Shown here piece after piece: positions 61,001 to 64,000 of a stretch of DNA of 64,000 nucleotides. Under the pieces are notes generated by a model. It worked only from the letters and a program-made list of their open reading frames with translations, was not told the DNA's origin and ran no database searches. The DNA lies in the IMG/VR virus record IMGVR_UViG_3300012983_000039, positions 1 through 64,000 of that record, one strand, 5' to 3'. A program made the position numbers and the translations under genes. Within the stretch, counting starts at the first letter, position 1, and the number at the start of each line of letters is the position of its first letter. Source of the DNA: a virus (lineage: Duplodnaviria > Caudoviricetes).

Positions 61001-64000
61001 TGTTATCAAAAGTTAAGTTAAACTCTCGATAACCAGCATCGGTTATTTTCCCTTTTAGCATTTTTTCTGTTTTAGCATTTTTTACTCGTCCTAAATTAGA
61101 AACCATATAAACAGTATTTCTAAAAGTTCTCCATTCTTCCTGAGATAAATCATAATCAAGATAATCTGTATGGTCTTTAAAATTTAATTTTTTGTTAATT
61201 TTTAAATTATTTTCCGATGGACTTACCCATTGTAAATTTTCAATTTTATTATTAAGTCTATTTCCGTCTATATGATGAACATATTCTAAATTTTTAGGAT
61301 TTTCAATAAAAGCTTCAGCAATTAATCTATGTTGACTTCGAGCATATTTTTTATTCTTCCATCTTAAGTCAAACCATCTATATCCATTTCTAATAGTGCC
61401 TTTGTAATATCTTCCGGTTTTTTCATTCATTACTCTACCATCATCATAAATTCTATATGTTGTTTCCTGCTGTTCAATAAAAATTTTTTTATACATATTC
61501 TCACCTCTCTTAAAAAGAGGAAATCTAATATAAGTATCTTGGCTGCGGATTACCCAATCTTTTCTCTTTTTACCATACCGAAGTAATTACTTTCGCCATA
61601 TAATATGTTGCCATTTATATTTGGTAAGAAAAGCTCTAAGGAAGTCCCCGCAATTCACCAGATTTTTGTTTTCTTGTATTATTAGGCTACAAGAGGTAGT
61701 GGGTTAGCATTTAGCCTACTACCTGCCGATTGAGTGGCAATGTATCTTTGAGCGTTTCGGGACAATTTAGACCAGTTCTTATTTAATTCAATAAATACAT
61801 CGTCCAAATCTCGGAATTGTCCATTAGTATCTTTCAATTGAATTCCGACAGATTTTAAAGCTTCGTCTACTCGGTTGTAGTCCATTGCTTCAATTTCTTC
61901 TTCACTTAAATCAGATACATTTTCTTTAAGCTCTGTGAATCTCAAATTTTGTTACGATCATTCGCTACATGACCTCTTAATATTTCTATTAAGTTCAGAC
62001 TATATCTTCATCTTTCGATGTTGGGCACTTCGAAACGCTTGTTTCTACATAATAGTCGTTGAACCTTGAGGATAAAAATTCGGGAATATTTTTTAAATCC
62101 CAATAAGGAATTTCTATTAAGATAATATTATTAGCCTCGCAAAAATCTCTTTTCTTCTTATCTCTTGTAATTTTAGTTGACTTGGGCATTTTATCCTCCT
62201 TGGCTGCTGATTGTCCATTAAATCAAACTTAGGTATATATTTTCCATGTTATATTTACGATATAATTTAGGAAAATGATGTTCTTCCATATTCTATCCCC
62301 TTATTTATTTCTACTTTCGCAACCTTTTCTTTTATTATATCATTTTTTTAGATAAAAGTCAAAGGTATAAGGGGCTTTAGGATGTCCCAGCAATTCACCC
62401 AATTTTGCATCGCCAAATTCACATCTCAGCGATTATACTTTTCATCGCAGTTCCTAGGTTTTCTGGAGCCTCCTGAGTTGTTTCAATCATTTGAGTAAGG
62501 AAAGCTGCGGTATTTTCAAAGGACATACCAGCTGAATAAGCAATTGATGATGTTTTACTCATAGCGTAAGCTATACCTTGAACATCCGCTGCCGCCTTAG
62601 CTGCGAGTTCTGAGTAAACGTCGGTAACTCTCTGTCCTTCGTCCATTTCAAGTTTAAATCCTCTTAAAGCAGAGGTCATTTGTGAAGTTGCTTCTTTAAA
62701 GTCTAGTCCGGCTAAAGTAGCCAATTTCATTGTTTCTTCTGTAAGTTTAAAAGTTTCATCTATTTCCAAGCCCTGTTGAACGTAAAGTCCAGATGCTTGA
62801 ATAACAGAAATTGTGGTTTGTCCAAGACGATTAGCTATCTCAGCATATCGGTCATATCTATTCCACATATCTTTGATTGTTAAATCGGTTACCATCGCTA
62901 CTTGAGCAAAAGCTTTATCAAGTGTCTGTATATCATTAAAAGTTGAAGTAATAACTCTTCTTAACAACCTAAATCCATTAGCCAAAGATAAAGTATATTC
63001 AGCATAACGTTTTAAATAAGAAAAACTATTATCTAAATCTCTTTGCTTGTTAACCAAGTCAGAAGTTTCTCTATTTAATAAAGTTGTGCTTTCTCTTTGT
63101 GTATTAATTAAATTGTCAATACTTCTTAAACTGTTCTGTTCTCTATTTAATAAAGCTAGAATACCTTTGATTTGCTGACTTGTCTGATTTACATTGTTAT
63201 TTTCTCTTTCAACTTTTTGTTGCTGTTGATTTACTAGATTAAAAGCATTTAAAATTTCTGGGGAATTTAAAATCTGTTCTCTACTAATTCTTTTATCTTG
63301 GGCTTTTGTTAAACTACCTTTTGCGGCACTTAAACTTGCTTTAAGACCATCTAAATCTTGTTTAGCTCCACTGATTGCCGCCTTCACTGTTTTAAATTGG
63401 TTTGCCATATTGGCGGTTAAACCTTTTTCATTTTTTATTTCAATATTCATTTTCTTTAAAGCTTCGGTAAAGTTCTTATAAGCTATAGTAGCATCTTTAA
63501 CTTGTTTACCTTGAGCATCAAAGAAACTGTCAGCATAGGCTAATTTAACTTGTTCAAGTTGCTGAGTAGTTATATTTTCTCCAGTGGTGGTATTCCTAAA
63601 ACTTGTAGTTTTATAGTTATTTAAAGGTAAAATTTGTTTACGTCTTTCAGACAACTCTTTCTTAGCCAAATCATAAGATTGTTGTTTTCTTGCTACTTCG
63701 GCATCTAAGCCGGCAAGAATTTTAGATTGAACTTCTTTTAAAGACTTCGCATCTACAATTTGTTTAGCATAGGTTTCTCTTGTTTCCCGAGAAACCTTTT
63801 GTTGTGCTAAAAAATTTTTAATTTGTTCTTTTTGTTCATCCTTGGTTTTCTTTAATAATCGTTCTTGTTCTTTTAAAGCTGTGTTTGCCTTGTCTAAATC
63901 GTTTTCTAAATTCTTCGTGTTTAAATCTTGTAATTTTAAAGAAATTTTAGAAAGGTTAGAAAAGAGTTTATCAACTTCTTTTTCATAGTTAGTAAAATCT
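55053..64000 (-). CDS. tail tape measure protein, spliced join(>64000..62428,61942..61714,60556..55053), 5' end outside the window
   Basis: TP901-type core; junctions SIIA|RFTELK and AGSR(Q)QSRFLALM; long coiled coil; C-terminal GGLVDYTGPAWVDG; frame open to the window edge. Confidence 0.9.
60557..61713 (-). mobile_element. group I intron 2 in tape measure gene (C-A pair at the 5' splice site)
   Basis: GUGAAUUGCGGGGA, AAUCCGCAG, UUCAACGACUA, AAGAUAUAGUCU; P10 UGCU/AGCA; terminal G; carries an HNH ORF. Confidence 0.88.
60663..61496 (-). CDS. intron-encoded HNH homing endonuclease (two NUMOD4/HNH units plus NUMOD1-like tail)
   Basis: HRLIAEAF..VHHIDGNRLNN..NLQW; INHINGNKLDN..NLE. Confidence 0.88.
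   Translation of the reverse strand: MYKKIFIEQQETTYRIYDDGRVMNEKTGRYYKGTIRNGYRWFDLRWKNKKYARSQHRLIAEAFIENPKNLEYVHHIDGNRLNNKIENLQWVSPSENNLKINKKLNFKDHTDYLDYDLSQEEWRTFRNTVYMVSNLGRVKNAKTEKMLKGKITDAGYREFNLTFDNKSHSLRGHKLVWETWVGTEQKIINHINGNKLDNRLSNLENITNQENVLKAIYETKTFKFKRTACYDKEGNLIQIFENNADAARHMGVKPQSIQAAIKKGYCSCGFYWKNIED
61995..62189 (-). pseudogene. internally deleted Vsr/DUF2726-like homing endonuclease remnant
   Basis: AAGGAGG RBS; RDKKKRDFC..NIILIEIPYWD matches the C-terminus of 476..1243. Confidence 0.65.
62334..62362 (-). promoter_or_regulatory. consensus promoter inside the tape measure intron
   Basis: TTGACT-17-TATAAT with TG on the minus strand. Confidence 0.7.

Larger units (their letters stand above)
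61943..62427 (-). mobile_element. group I intron 1 in tape measure gene (485 nt) with an internal promoter and endonuclease remnant
   Basis: P1 AUCGCU/GGCGAU; P10 UGUGAAUUU/AGAUUCACA; standard P/Q/R/S motifs; terminal G. Confidence 0.92.

Noticed and set aside
1-64000. Stop-codon reassignment as the cause of fragmented genes
   Set aside because: Breaks coincide with ribozyme cores and are repaired exactly by splicing; TAA, TAG and TGA all end intact genes
1-64000. tRNA/rRNA genes, group II introns, retrons or diversity-generating retroelements
   Set aside because: No cloverleaf or rRNA-like sequence noticed and no reverse transcriptase (YxDD) ORF; a covariance search was not run

Overview
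64 kb of a very AT-rich, large tailed phage genome (siphovirus-like tail module; Firmicutes-type sigma70/SigA promoters and RBSs; standard code 11). Bases 1-42.7 kb (+ strand) hold DNA replication and nucleotide metabolism genes: RNase H end, 5'-nucleotidase, TnpB, ATP-dependent ligase, NrdH-NrdD-NrdG-FTR, GyrB/GyrA, SSB, Sak4-like ATPase, PhoH, a probable type II R-M pair, DnaB, primase, RecJ, DnaE, macrodomain, ClpP, dUTPase and RuvC. Bases 42.7-64 kb (- strand) hold tape measure, Dit, Tal-like hub, an M23 peptidase and a six-gene module of unknown function. The ORF track is fragmented because 12 group I introns, resolved here to the nucleotide from P1/P10/P7/P9.0 pairing and restored protein motifs, interrupt 7 genes (nrdD, gyrB, sak4, dnaB, recJ x2, dnaE x4, tape measure x2), and dnaB also has an intein. 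Non-canonical decoding candidates: a prfB-like CTT-TGA-C +1 frameshift in dnaE, an ATA-initiated primase, an intron ending in A instead of G, an intron with a C-A pair at the 5' splice site, and a T_TTA_AAG -1 site in an intron endonuclease gene. Also notable: a window-wide excess of GCCGCC/GGCGGC, a 4x90-bp promoter array and fused terminator-promoter elements. All calls come from reading the sequence; no searches were run.
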